Below are positions 20,507 through 28,171 of a DNA stretch of 62,222 bases, piece after piece; within the stretch, counting starts at the first letter, position 1, and every line of letters starts with the position of its first letter. Both the position numbers and the translations under genes were made by a program. The DNA is from a virus (taxonomy: Duplodnaviria > Caudoviricetes): positions 1 through 62,222 of the IMG/VR virus record IMGVR_UViG_3300042516_003753; one strand, 5' to 3'. The notes under the pieces were generated by a model that made no database searches, was not told the origin of the DNA, and saw nothing but the letters and a program-made list of their open reading frames with translations.

Positions 20507-20716
20507 CTATTTTACAGCAGAAACAAAATTATTAATTATTTCTGCTTGCTTTAGAACTTGATTAAGAGTTGGAAAATTTGGATATTCTAGTTCAAGTTTT
20601 TCAACTTTATCATTCCATTCTCTAGCCGTATCATATTTTACGCAAAACTCATCATTTAACATAGTATATGCTTGTTTGAAAATTTCAAATCGAAGCTCAT
20701 AAGGTGTTTTTGACAT
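20507..20716 (-). CDS. Hypothetical protein
   Basis: MSKTPYELRFEIFKQA...; AGGAG RBS upstream. Confidence 0.75.
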   Translation of the reverse strand: MSKTPYELRFEIFKQAYTMLNDEFCVKYDTAREWNDKVEKLELEYPNFPTLNQVLKQAEIINNFVSAVK

Positions 20717-20746
20717 GATTTGTCTCCTGTGTGTATGTGTGTTTAT

Positions 20747-20788
20747 GGGTCATTTTGACTCCACCACTTGGTTTTACGAAACCAAGAA
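20747..20788 (-). ncRNA. Structured RNA module B (manA-like)
   Basis: CTTGGTTT/AAACCAAG hairpin, then TGGTGGAGTCA..TGACCC. Confidence 0.45.
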
Positions 20789-21001
20789 AAGTTGGGTTAA
20801 CTTTGATATTTCAGTAATACCAAAGAATGCTATCAGAAATAACACATCCCAGAGTTTAAGTTTGATTGCGAAAGGTATACCAAGGAGTCCCCCGATAAAC
20901 TTTATCATCAAACCGCTTTTAAAATCTCCCCATAACATGATTTGATAACCAAGTAAGAGAAGAAGGTTCCCAAGATACCTTAGGATACTAGATTTAGACA
21001 T
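20774..21001 (-). CDS. Small membrane protein
   Basis: MSKSSILRYLGNLLLLLGY... with 2-3 hydrophobic segments. Confidence 0.65.
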   Translation of the reverse strand: MSKSSILRYLGNLLLLLGYQIMLWGDFKSGLMIKFIGGLLGIPFAIKLKLWDVLFLIAFFGITEISKLTQLFLVS

Positions 21002-21002
21002 A

Positions 21003-21047
21003 AGGGGTTTGCTCCCGACCAGTGCTGTTATAGACCATCCGTGTCTG
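21003..21047 (-). ncRNA. Structured RNA module A (manA-like)
   Basis: AGAC-ACGGATG-GTCT hairpin, then TGGTCGGGAGCAAACCCC. Confidence 0.4.
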
Positions 21048-21054
21048 TTTGTTT

Positions 21055-21270
21055 TCAAGCAACCTCAACTGCTTCAAGATCTTGGGCAACGTATTCCATA
21101 AGCATTTCATAGTCGTCAAGGGGGTCACCTGAAAATACCACTCCTTCGTTTTCGTAGAAGCGGCGAACCTTTTTATAAAGTTTCGGATTCTTCACATCAA
21201 GGTAGATTTCCCCGTTAGCAGCAAGTTGAAGAGTGCTAACATCTTTTTTGAACTTTTGAATCAGAGACAT
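21055..21270 (-). CDS. Conserved cyanophage hypothetical protein
   Basis: YLDVKNPKLYKKVRRFYENEGV. Confidence 0.75.
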   Translation of the reverse strand: MSLIQKFKKDVSTLQLAANGEIYLDVKNPKLYKKVRRFYENEGVVFSGDPLDDYEMLMEYVAQDLEAVEVA

Positions 21271-21347
21271 CGTTTTGAATTGTTTGCTCTAGTATTATAA
21301 GTGTTAAGTCGTATTTGGTCAAGTCGTCCAGTTTAGAAACTGGACAG

Positions 21348-21421
21348 TCGGGATGATAGGATTCGAACCTACGGCCCCTCGCTCCCAAAGCGAGTGCTCT
21401 ACCAAACTGAGCTACATCCCG
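21348..21421 (-). tRNA. tRNA-Pro(TGG)
   Basis: Cloverleaf; anticodon arm CTCGC-TTTGGGA-GCGAG. Confidence 0.95.
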
Positions 21422-21424
21422 TTA

Positions 21425-21868
21425 TTAAACATCACCACCATCAGTAAATACTATAGTTCCCCCCTTTCCCCACATAGCAGCATACGGAACATCATAATTA
21501 TAAACTAAAGTCCATTTATCGGCATTTAAAACATATGGAGTTGTTCCACTATTTGTAATCAAATCATTCCAAGTATTATCATTGACTGCAACAGCATTAT
21601 ACAATGTATCTGACCATATGTCAATACTCTTTCCAGTAGTTGGATATTGTGAAGAAGTTACATTATCTCTCCACGTTATATAACTGTTATTAGTAGCAGG
21701 AAAAGCTCTAAACTGAGCAGGAGTTAAAGATATATTATTTCCAGCATATGTAAAAGATGAACTGGTTGGTAAAGTACTTCTAACAACGTCAGTAAGAGCA
21801 GAAACTGTAAATGATCCGGTCCAGTCTTGATCATTTGTATTAATGTCTACATTAACAAGTCTTGGCAT
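21425..21868 (-). CDS. Hypothetical Thr/Ser/Asn-rich protein
   Basis: ORF MPRLVNVDINTNDQDWTG... Confidence 0.7.
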   Translation of the reverse strand: MPRLVNVDINTNDQDWTGSFTVSALTDVVRSTLPTSSSFTYAGNNISLTPAQFRAFPATNNSYITWRDNVTSSQYPTTGKSIDIWSDTLYNAVAVNDNTWNDLITNSGTTPYVLNADKWTLVYNYDVPYAAMWGKGGTIVFTDGGDV

Positions 21869-21872
21869 TTTT

Positions 21873-21995
21873 TTATTCTTTATTTTCTTTATGTATATAT
21901 GCAATTCCCATAATAGGAACTACTATTATTCCAAATCCACAAAGACCTAACCAAATTGGACTTGAAGCAAGTGCTTCCACAACATGAAAAATCAT
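21873..21995 (-). CDS. Small membrane protein (40 aa)
   Basis: MIFHVVEALASSPIWLGLCGFGIIVVPIMGIAYIHKKNKE. Confidence 0.55.
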   Translation of the reverse strand: MIFHVVEALASSPIWLGLCGFGIIVVPIMGIAYIHKENKE

Positions 21996-22219
21996 CTTCC
22001 TCTCCAATTCTTATACTCGTAATAAAAATATTGATCAACCTCATCTAAACCACTCAGAGGAGCATGAACATCCCAATAAGACCATTCCATACAAAACTGC
22101 TTAATATGTATATCATTCATTGCAGTTTTTACTCCATACATTCTGGAAAAAGAAGATGAGGCAAATTTATATTTTTGCTTAATGTGCGGTTCCATTTCCC
22201 TTATAGTCTTCGGAATCAT
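21992..22219 (-). CDS. Hypothetical protein
   Basis: ORF ending YFYYEYKNWRGR. Confidence 0.65.
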   Translation of the reverse strand: MIPKTIREMEPHIKQKYKFASSSFSRMYGVKTAMNDIHIKQFCMEWSYWDVHAPLSGLDEVDQYFYYEYKNWRGR

Positions 22220-22287
22220 AGTATCCTCCTCGTGTTCCGAAATAAAGTGTAGACAATACAAAAGGAATGGCAACAAAAATAAGTGCT

Positions 22288-23322
22288 TTACCTAACATGA
22301 TGGCCTCCAAACATATAACGCATTCCGTTCAGAATTTTTGCCCCGAATGATCCGAGATTGCGTGAGTTAAATCTTTCAAATAGGGCAGTAGTAATAACAG
22401 GAGCGGGAACCCCCAGGTCCACAGCGGCAGAAACAGTCCAACGACCCTCACCGCTATCGGATACGCCTCCAGAGAACTGTTTAAGGCTACCATCCCTGCG
22501 TAGCACATCAGCAGTAAGATCGAGTAACCAACTGCCAACCACGCTACCGCGACGCCATAACTCAGCAACTTCAGCAACATCAATATCATAGCAATAAGAT
22601 TCTGGATCTGCCATGGGAGCAACTTCTGCGTCTCCTTCTCTGACATATTGAGCACCTAGATTAGCATTTTTGAGAATATTGAATCCTTCGGCATATGCCT
22701 GCATAATACCGTACTCAATTCCATTATGCACCATCTTTACAAAATGTCCAGCACCTGGACCACCGCAGTGTAACCAACCAAACTCTGCAGAGGTTACATC
22801 CGAGTCAAATTGAGTCCTTGGGGCAGCGGTGATCCCTGGGGCAAGGGCATCAAAAATGCTCGCACAAGTGGCGACCGCAGTATTTCCGCCACCAACCATA
22901 AGACAGTATCCACGATCCAAACCATAAACACCGCCGCTAGTGCCACAATCAATATATTGGATACCCAACTTTGCCAGACGTTCTGCTCTTTTCCGACTGT
23001 CTTTAAAATTGCTATTGCCATGATCAATAATAATATCTCCCTCACTACAATATCGTAGTAACTCATTTATTGTCTCCTCTACAGTTTCGGCAGGAACAAC
23101 CATCTGAAAAACTCCTGGTTGTGGTCTGCCATTTTTGTTTTGTTTAACTACTTTAACAAGATTTTCAATAGTAGTTGCAATTCCATCCACATATCCCTTT
23201 TCATATGCTTCGTTTGCTTTTTCATAATTCCTGCGATAACCCCAAACCTCTATTCCTGCCTTCATCATGCGGCGAGACATACCTTCGCCCATTCTTCCGA
23301 GTCCGATTAGTCCTACTTTCAT
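22288..23322 (-). CDS. gnd: 6-phosphogluconate dehydrogenase (decarboxylating)
   Basis: IGLGRMG, DCGTSGG, GHFVKMVHNGIEYG and DSGEGRW motifs. Confidence 0.97.
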   Translation of the reverse strand: MKVGLIGLGRMGEGMSRRMMKAGIEVWGYRRNYEKANEAYEKGYVDGIATTIENLVKVVKQNKNGRPQPGVFQMVVPAETVEETINELLRYCSEGDIIIDHGNSNFKDSRKRAERLAKLGIQYIDCGTSGGVYGLDRGYCLMVGGGNTAVATCASIFDALAPGITAAPRTQFDSDVTSAEFGWLHCGGPGAGHFVKMVHNGIEYGIMQAYAEGFNILKNANLGAQYVREGDAEVAPMADPESYCYDIDVAEVAELWRRGSVVGSWLLDLTADVLRRDGSLKQFSGGVSDSGEGRWTVSAAVDLGVPAPVITTALFERFNSRNLGSFGAKILNGMRYMFGGHHVR

Positions 23323-23332
23323 ATAATTACCT

Positions 23333-23419
23333 TTAGTAAGCGTGTGTAAGTCCCCAATGAATCCACAATCCCATAATACTAAAATATATTAATGCAAACA
23401 TAAAAACTGTTTTAATCAT
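23333..23419 (-). CDS. Small membrane peptide (28 aa)
   Basis: MIKTVFMFALIYFSIMGLWIHWGLTHAY. Confidence 0.5.
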   Translation of the reverse strand: MIKTVFMFALIYFSIMGLWIHWGLTHAY

Positions 23420-23525
23420 CTTCTTCGTCCTCATAAGTAGATGGTTCTTCAAAAAGTTCTTCCATTTTTTGATGAAGAACTCTTTGATTTAGTTTTTGCA
23501 AATCTTCTTCTGTAATTGATACCAT
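23412..23525 (-). CDS. Small acidic protein (37 aa)
   Basis: MVSITEEDLQKLNQRVLHQKMEELFEEPSTYEDEEDD, coupled start/stop. Confidence 0.55.
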   Translation of the reverse strand: MVSITEEDLQKLNQRVLHQKMEELFEEPSTYEDEEDD

Positions 23526-23731
23526 TAGTTTAAAGTAATTTTAAGGAATGGAAGTAAAGGAGGAATAACTCCAACCAACCTCAAAAGTCCTTCAGCAAAT
23601 AGAGCAAGAACCACCCAACCGACGCACATACTAATGATAGAAGCATTACGGTTGTGTCGTCGTATTGCTGCATCAATCATCTCCTGTACTTCTATACGAG
23701 ATACATAATCGTCATCAAAAGGTTCCATCAT
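23525..23731 (-). CDS. Small membrane protein
   Basis: MIDAAIRRHNRNAS followed by a hydrophobic helix. Confidence 0.7.
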   Translation of the reverse strand: MMEPFDDDYVSRIEVQEMIDAAIRRHNRNASIISMCVGWVVLALFAEGLLRLVGVIPPLLPFLKITLN

Positions 23732-23877
23732 TTCTCATCTCCAAGAAACTTTGCAAGAGGATCTTTGCGGGTTTTTACAATTTCAACTGCTCTTTTGTAA
23801 AACATATTGTCTGTATTACCAGACTCCTCAAATGTTGCCTTGATCTTCACCCAGTTAAGGTAGGTGTGCTGATCCAT
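23728..23877 (-). CDS. Hypothetical protein (49 aa)
   Basis: MDQHTYLNWVKIKATFEESGNTDNMFYKRA... Confidence 0.65.
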   Translation of the reverse strand: MDQHTYLNWVKIKATFEESGNTDNMFYKRAVEIVKTRKDPLAKFLGDEK

Positions 23878-23992
23878 ACTCTTTAAGGTTGAATACTACT
23901 AGTTATACTAGTCAGTATCTAAAGAATGTCAACTATGTGTTGATACAAAAACACACATTAAGACAATCTTAAATTTTGTAATATTTCTTAAA

Positions 23993-24076
23993 CGGAAGTG
24001 GTTGGATTCGAACCAACGGTGCTATTAACACGCTTGTTTTCAAGACAAGTACCTTAAACCACTCGGTCACACTTCC
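23993..24076 (-). tRNA. tRNA-Ser(TGA)
   Basis: Cloverleaf with long variable arm; loop CTTGAAA. Confidence 0.95.
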
Positions 24077-24085
24077 AAAAAGTCC

Positions 24086-24343
24086 TCAACGGACTTCAAA
24101 ATCTAATCGTTTTACTTTACGCTGACGACGTGCCTCTTGCCAGGCGATGTCTTCGTTTGTAAGAACACCAGATTTCTTTTTGTTATTTATTAAGTTTAGC
24201 ATAATAACCTGGGATAAGTCAACTGCCGAAATAACTCCATTTCGAATTGTTGCCATATTAGAACAACCACATGATACAGTTTTTCCAGGAATGCCTTCTA
24301 ACTCTTTACCACAAGAGCGGCATCTAATTCTTAAATTTTCCAT
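24086..24343 (-). CDS. Zn-ribbon hypothetical protein
   Basis: CRSC...CGC motif. Confidence 0.75.
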   Translation of the reverse strand: MENLRIRCRSCGKELEGIPGKTVSCGCSNMATIRNGVISAVDLSQVIMLNLINNKKKSGVLTNEDIAWQEARRQRKVKRLDFEVR

Positions 24344-24361
24344 AACATTATAAGTTTTATT

Positions 24362-24796
24362 TTATTCAGTAAACGATCTTAACATCCAAACAAATTTTCC
24401 ATGCGCTTCATTTAAATCATCAAGAAGATTAATTGTTCCTCTAGACTTTTGGTTCTCTGCTTCTACTGCAGCATCATTACACATAGAAATAATTTTTTTA
24501 TGATCTTCTAAAAGATCACTAATCATTTCCATAGAACTGATATTTGTTTTTGCTTCTCCTACACCAGAAACTTCAAGAACTCTTGATAAAGAACTTACAG
24601 GTTTAACACCAAGATATCTCATGTGTTCAGAAAGACGATCAATTTCTTCCTGAATTTGAGTATATTGATCCCCAAACAAATCATGAATCTGTTTGAAATC
24701 TGGACCAACAACGTGCCAGTGATAAACCCAAGTTTTTTGAAACAGCAAGAAAAGTGATGCTTGCGTATCACTTAAGAGTTTATAAAGGGTTTCCAT
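24362..24796 (-). CDS. dps: Dps ferritin-like DNA-protection protein
   Basis: HWHVVGPDFKQIH and D.LSE ferroxidase motifs; C-terminal WMLRS. Confidence 0.92.
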   Translation of the reverse strand: METLYKLLSDTQASLFLLFQKTWVYHWHVVGPDFKQIHDLFGDQYTQIQEEIDRLSEHMRYLGVKPVSSLSRVLEVSGVGEAKTNISSMEMISDLLEDHKKIISMCNDAAVEAENQKSRGTINLLDDLNEAHGKFVWMLRSFTE

Positions 24797-24813
24797 TATA
24801 CTTCTTTTTGAAG

Positions 24814-24821
24814 TATTTATA
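24814..24821 (-). promoter_or_regulatory. T4-type late promoter upstream of dps
   Basis: TATAAATA. Confidence 0.7.
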
Positions 24822-24823
24822 AA

Positions 24824-24895
24824 TGGGAAATACCGGATTCGAACCAGTGACTTATTGCTTGTAAGGCAACCACTCTACCGCTGAGTTAATCTCCC
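24824..24895 (-). tRNA. tRNA-Val(TAC)
   Basis: Cloverleaf; loop CTTACAA. Confidence 0.95.
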
Positions 24896-24902
24896 AATAA
24901 AA

Positions 24903-25067
24903 TCAACCTTGTTTCATAAGATATTCTACAGTATTTGCTATATCGTTCATAGCATCACGAAGATTTTCTCTTTGACCAGATTCTTGTTTAATTATAGGGC
25001 GATGATCATCAGTTAAAGTCCAACGCCATTGTTTCATATCCTTACAATACCATAAATTAATTTTCAT
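24903..25067 (-). CDS. Hypothetical protein (54 aa)
   Basis: MKINLWYCKDMKQWRWTLTDD... Confidence 0.65.
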   Translation of the reverse strand: MKINLWYCKDMKQWRWTLTDDHRPIIKQESGQRENLRDAMNDIANTVEYLMKQG

Positions 25068-25212
25068 TTTTCGAATGCTCCAGTTTAATCCAATTAATCA
25101 GAGCATTCAATTCCATTATCTTTTCTTCAGTAAAATCATTTTTTTTATTGAAAAGATAAAAATTAAGTGCTTCAAGAGCAACTTCTCTATCACGTTGGGA
25201 AATAAGAGACAT
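25057..25212 (-). CDS. Hypothetical protein (51 aa)
   Basis: MSLISQRDREVALEALNFY... Confidence 0.6.
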   Translation of the reverse strand: MSLISQRDREVALEALNFYLFNKKNDFTEEKIMELNALINWIKLEHSKNEN

Positions 25213-25233
25213 AAAAATTTTAACTCGTTAGTT

Positions 25234-25268
25234 ATAATATCAGAAAAGGGGAGTTTTGTCAACCCCCC
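25234..25268 (-). terminator. Terminator after the porin, with embedded promoter
   Basis: G-rich/C-rich stem plus T-run; TTGACA-17-TATTAT. Confidence 0.6.
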
Positions 25269-25277
25269 ATATCTATA

Positions 25278-26744
25278 TCAGAACTTAAAGGTTGTCTGAA
25301 TTACCCCACCCCAGTTGGAGGAGTTGTCAGCAAGGCGCTGATTGTCGCTACCGTAGATGATAGCAGGAGTGACGCTGATGTTATCCGATACTTGATACTT
25401 GTAGAAGATTTCAAGAAGAGTGGACTTCTCAAGATTTTCACCAGTAGGTGCTTGACCGATAGCAACACCAGCAGAGTTACCATCAACAAACACATCATCC
25501 CAGGTCAGACCAGCAAACCATGACTGACTGTTAGTAGCAGCACTTTGAGTACCACTCACAGTGTTCCAACCATAACCACCAGAGATAGAAGGAACAATAC
25601 CTGATTTCTGAGGTTGCCAGTAAGCATTCAGTGCATAACCGTTAGAAGTTTGCCCAGGAACTAGAGCACCAGAAGCACCATTCAGACCGTTGTAGGTGCG
25701 AACACGAGTACCTTCAGTACCATAACGATAACCGAATGCAGCACCCCAGTTAGTACCACGATAACCGATTTGTGCAAGAGTATTCAGAGCACCAGTCTCA
25801 TCAAACACTCCAGTTTCACTATCATTACCACTTTGAGCAACATAGTTTACACCAGCAATAAGACCTTTCTTACCATACTGAGCACCGAAACCAGCACCAG
25901 TTGCTTTGTTGTAAACACCAGGAGCACCAGCAACAGCAAAGAAGTCAAGAATACCAGACTTATAAGCAGAAGGCATCCAAGCAATCTCAGTGTTACGAAC
26001 AGCAGCACCAGCAGTCAGAGTTGCTTTGTTATTAAAAGCAGGGAACTGATAGAACAGGCGGTCAATCACTACGTTGTTACCAACTTCACTGGTGGTGTTA
26101 TCTGCCTTATCCAGCTTGAACAGAGAAGAACTAGAACCGAAAGGATCACCACTAAAGTTAGATGAACGCAGACGAGTACGAAGCAGATCCTTACCAGTGA
26201 ACGAAGTGTCCAAATTCAGACGGAGATCGTAGTTAAATGCAGTATGAGTTACATCACCACCTTTGGTACGATAGTCATCAACGCCACCAAGAACAAAGTT
26301 TGCTTCACCACGGAGTTTGGTAGTAGTGGAGAACTGAGTTGCTTCCAGAGAAGCAACTTTAGTTTCCAGGTTTGCAACCTTACCTTGAATAACGGTAAGT
26401 TCATCACGGAACTCATTAGCAAGGCGCTTGAGTTCATCAGTTTGCTCAGTTACGCGATCAAGGCAAGCATTCAGAAGTGCTGCTGCCTCATAACGGGTCA
26501 TAGCACGTCCACCACCAAAGGTGCCGTTAGGATAACCAGCAACGCAACCATAACGCTCTACAAGGTTGCTGAGTGCTTGATACGCCCAATCACTAGGTTG
26601 CACATCAGAAAGTTGCGAAACGCTTGTAACCTGCTCTGTGGAGTATTGATTGACTGCTGACATATTAAGATCTGCAGCATTAGCAGCAACAGGAGCAACC
26701 ATTCCCAGAGCAACAGGTGCAAGCATCAGTTGTTTGAGTTTCAT
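25278..26744 (-). CDS. Cyanobacterial outer-membrane porin (Som/OprB-type, SLH domain)
   Basis: Signal peptide, SLH motif (DVQPSDWAYQAL...TRYEAAA), FSTTTKLRGE, C-terminal TTFKF. Confidence 0.95.
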   Translation of the reverse strand: MKLKQLMLAPVALGMVAPVAANAADLNMSAVNQYSTEQVTSVSQLSDVQPSDWAYQALSNLVERYGCVAGYPNGTFGGGRAMTRYEAAALLNACLDRVTEQTDELKRLANEFRDELTVIQGKVANLETKVASLEATQFSTTTKLRGEANFVLGGVDDYRTKGGDVTHTAFNYDLRLNLDTSFTGKDLLRTRLRSSNFSGDPFGSSSSLFKLDKADNTTSEVGNNVVIDRLFYQFPAFNNKATLTAGAAVRNTEIAWMPSAYKSGILDFFAVAGAPGVYNKATGAGFGAQYGKKGLIAGVNYVAQSGNDSETGVFDETGALNTLAQIGYRGTNWGAAFGYRYGTEGTRVRTYNGLNGASGALVPGQTSNGYALNAYWQPQKSGIVPSISGGYGWNTVSGTQSAATNSQSWFAGLTWDDVFVDGNSAGVAIGQAPTGENLEKSTLLEIFYKYQVSDNISVTPAIIYGSDNQRLADNSSNWGGVIQTTFKF

Positions 26745-26801
26745 AAAATTGTTTTATGTACTATAGGACAATATAAAGATTTACAACAAAGTAAATCTTC
26801 G

Positions 26802-26886
26802 TTATTTAGGAGATCTTAAGCAAACCTTAAGATTGGATAGTATCTTAGATCACTTTCAGTTTTTTGTCAACTAAGATTTGATTAAG
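26802..26886 (-). promoter_or_regulatory. Porin promoter with pho-box-like 11-bp repeats
   Basis: TTGACA-17-TAAGAT; CTTAATCA-AAT-CTTAGTTG at -35 and CTTAAGGT-TTG-CTTAAGAT downstream. Confidence 0.5.
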
Positions 26887-26887
26887 A

Positions 26888-26959
26888 AGCGGGGTATCGG
26901 AATCGAACCGACGACATCTAACTTGGAAGGATAGCGTTCTACCGCTGAACTAACCCCGC
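26888..26959 (-). tRNA. tRNA-Gly(TCC)
   Basis: Cloverleaf; loop CTTCCAA. Confidence 0.95.
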
Positions 26960-27008
26960 AAAGTGGGAGATTTCTCTCCCAGCACATTTCCTTCACACGG
27001 ATAGGAAA

Positions 27009-27037
27009 AGTATAAGACATAATTAATATTATGTCAA
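27009..27037 (-). promoter_or_regulatory. Sigma70-like promoter
   Basis: TTGACA-17-TATACT. Confidence 0.7.
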
Positions 27038-27109
27038 GCCCCCGACAAGACTTGAACTTGCGACAACCGCTTTACAAAAGCGGTGCTCTACCAGCTGAGC
27101 TACAAGGGC
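27037..27109 (-). tRNA. tRNA-Thr(TGT)
   Basis: Cloverleaf; loop TTTGTAA. Confidence 0.95.
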
Positions 27110-27110
27110 G

Positions 27111-27300
27111 AAAGGTAGTGAGTGTCCACCACCCGCAGGAGACACTTCCTGCGATTTTTACTGCATTAGAAGGCAGTGATAAGAGAAAACACCAAACCTT
27201 ATTCTTCCTGTCTTCAGGAACGCACCAAATGGGTTGGGAGACTCTAGAGATTTTACCTCCGAAGTTTGTCCAGCATTTTCAATTTGAAAGAACTTATGCC
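27111..27300 (-). ncRNA. Structured RNA with a wcaG-like core
   Basis: Two TTTGGTG motifs flanking a TTCCTG/CAGGAA hairpin; further ACTGC/GCAGT and CGCAGGA/TCCTGCG stems. Confidence 0.5.
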
Positions 27301-27307
27301 CTTCCAA

Positions 27308-27379
27308 CTCCACAACCTGGATTCGAACCAGGGACCAAATGATTAACAGTCATCTGCGCTACCGCTGCGCCATTGTGGA
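27308..27379 (-). tRNA. tRNA-Asn(GTT)
   Basis: Cloverleaf; loop CTGTTAA. Confidence 0.95.
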
Positions 27380-27387
27380 ATAAGTTG

Positions 27388-27505
27388 TCCCAGTATAAGG
27401 ATTCGAACCTTAAGTTTTTTAGTCACCTACCTCAGGAGATTAACTCCCTTCTGGAATGCGGGGGCACCACCCGACCACATGACCGTTACCTACGGCGTCA
27501 CTGGG
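27388..27505 (-). ncRNA. tRNA-like RNA with an expanded, anticodon-less core (118 nt)
   Basis: Acceptor CCCAGTG/TACTGGG, D-arm GCCG/CGGT, T-arm TAAGG-TTCGAAT-CCTTA; no 7-nt anticodon loop. Confidence 0.65.
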
Positions 27506-27510
27506 AAGAT

Positions 27511-27568
27511 ATAGATGGAGTAAGCGTGATATACCTCATAAGGATATAACAGAGGCTTACCCTCTATC
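27511..27568 (-). ncRNA. Structured leader RNA, possible pseudoknot
   Basis: AGAGG/CCTCT stem whose loop GTAAG can pair with downstream CTTAC. Confidence 0.45.
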
Positions 27569-27576
27569 AGTATTAT

Positions 27577-27605
27577 ATAGTAACAAACTCCGAAGAATTT
27601 GTCAA
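27577..27605 (-). promoter_or_regulatory. Sigma70-like promoter
   Basis: TTGACA-17-TACTAT. Confidence 0.65.
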
Positions 27606-27606
27606 G

Positions 27607-27678
27607 TACCCTGAGGAGGATTTGAACCACCGTCTTCTTCGTTCGTAGTGAAGCACTCTTCCACTGAGTTACCAGGGC
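27607..27678 (-). tRNA. tRNA-Arg(ACG)
   Basis: Cloverleaf; loop CTACGAA. Confidence 0.9.
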
Positions 27679-27681
27679 ATT

Positions 27682-27756
27682 TGGCGAAGGGTGAGGGATT
27701 TGAACCCCCATCGCAAGGTTTTGGAGACCTGCATCTTACCATTAGACTAACCCGAC
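27682..27756 (-). tRNA. tRNA-Trp(CCA) with mismatched acceptor stem
   Basis: Loop CTCCAAA, encoded CCA end; mismatches at 2:71 and 3:70. Confidence 0.8.
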
Positions 27757-27831
27757 TGGTTCTGAGGGTAGGATTCGAACCCACGAATGGCGGGACCAAA
27801 ACCCGCTGCCTTACCACTTGGCGACCTCAGA
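27757..27831 (-). tRNA. tRNA-Gln(TTG)
   Basis: Cloverleaf; loop TTTTGGT; encoded CCA. Confidence 0.95.
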
Positions 27832-27832
27832 A

Positions 27833-27906
27833 TGGGGTGACGTATGGGAATTGAACCCATGTAGGCGGTTCCACAAACCGCTGCCTTACCACTAGGCTAA
27901 CGTCAC
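27833..27906 (-). tRNA. tRNA-His(GTG)
   Basis: Cloverleaf; loop TTGTGGA; encoded CCA. Confidence 0.93.
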
Positions 27907-27907
27907 A

Positions 27908-27981
27908 AGGCAGTAGATAGATTTGAACTATCGTCCATAGGCATATGAGACCCGTGCTCTACCAGACTGAGCTATACTGCC
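27908..27981 (-). tRNA. tRNA-Met(CAT) (Ile2 not excluded)
   Basis: Cloverleaf; loop CTCATAT. Confidence 0.88.
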
Positions 27982-27985
27982 AAGG

Positions 27986-28075
27986 CGGAAGTGATAGGAT
28001 TTGAACCTATGGATGTCCATATAGGACATCGGGAGATTAGCAATCTCCTGCATTAAACCACTCTGCCACACTTCC
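27986..28075 (-). tRNA. tRNA-Ser(GCT)
   Basis: Long variable arm GATGTCC/GGACATC; loop TTGCTAA. Confidence 0.95.
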
Positions 28076-28093
28076 TAGTTTCCCTTACGGGAA

Positions 28094-28167
28094 TTGGAAT
28101 GGTCGGACTTGAACCGACGACCTCACGATTATCAGTCGTGCTCTCTAACCAACTGAGATACATTCCA
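28094..28167 (-). tRNA. tRNA-Ile(GAT)
   Basis: Cloverleaf; loop CTGATAA. Confidence 0.93.
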
Positions 28168-28171
28168 ATAA

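Noticed and set aside
23412-23525. NblA-like phycobilisome degradation peptide
   Set aside because: Lacks the LSLEQ.F-type motif and is too short.
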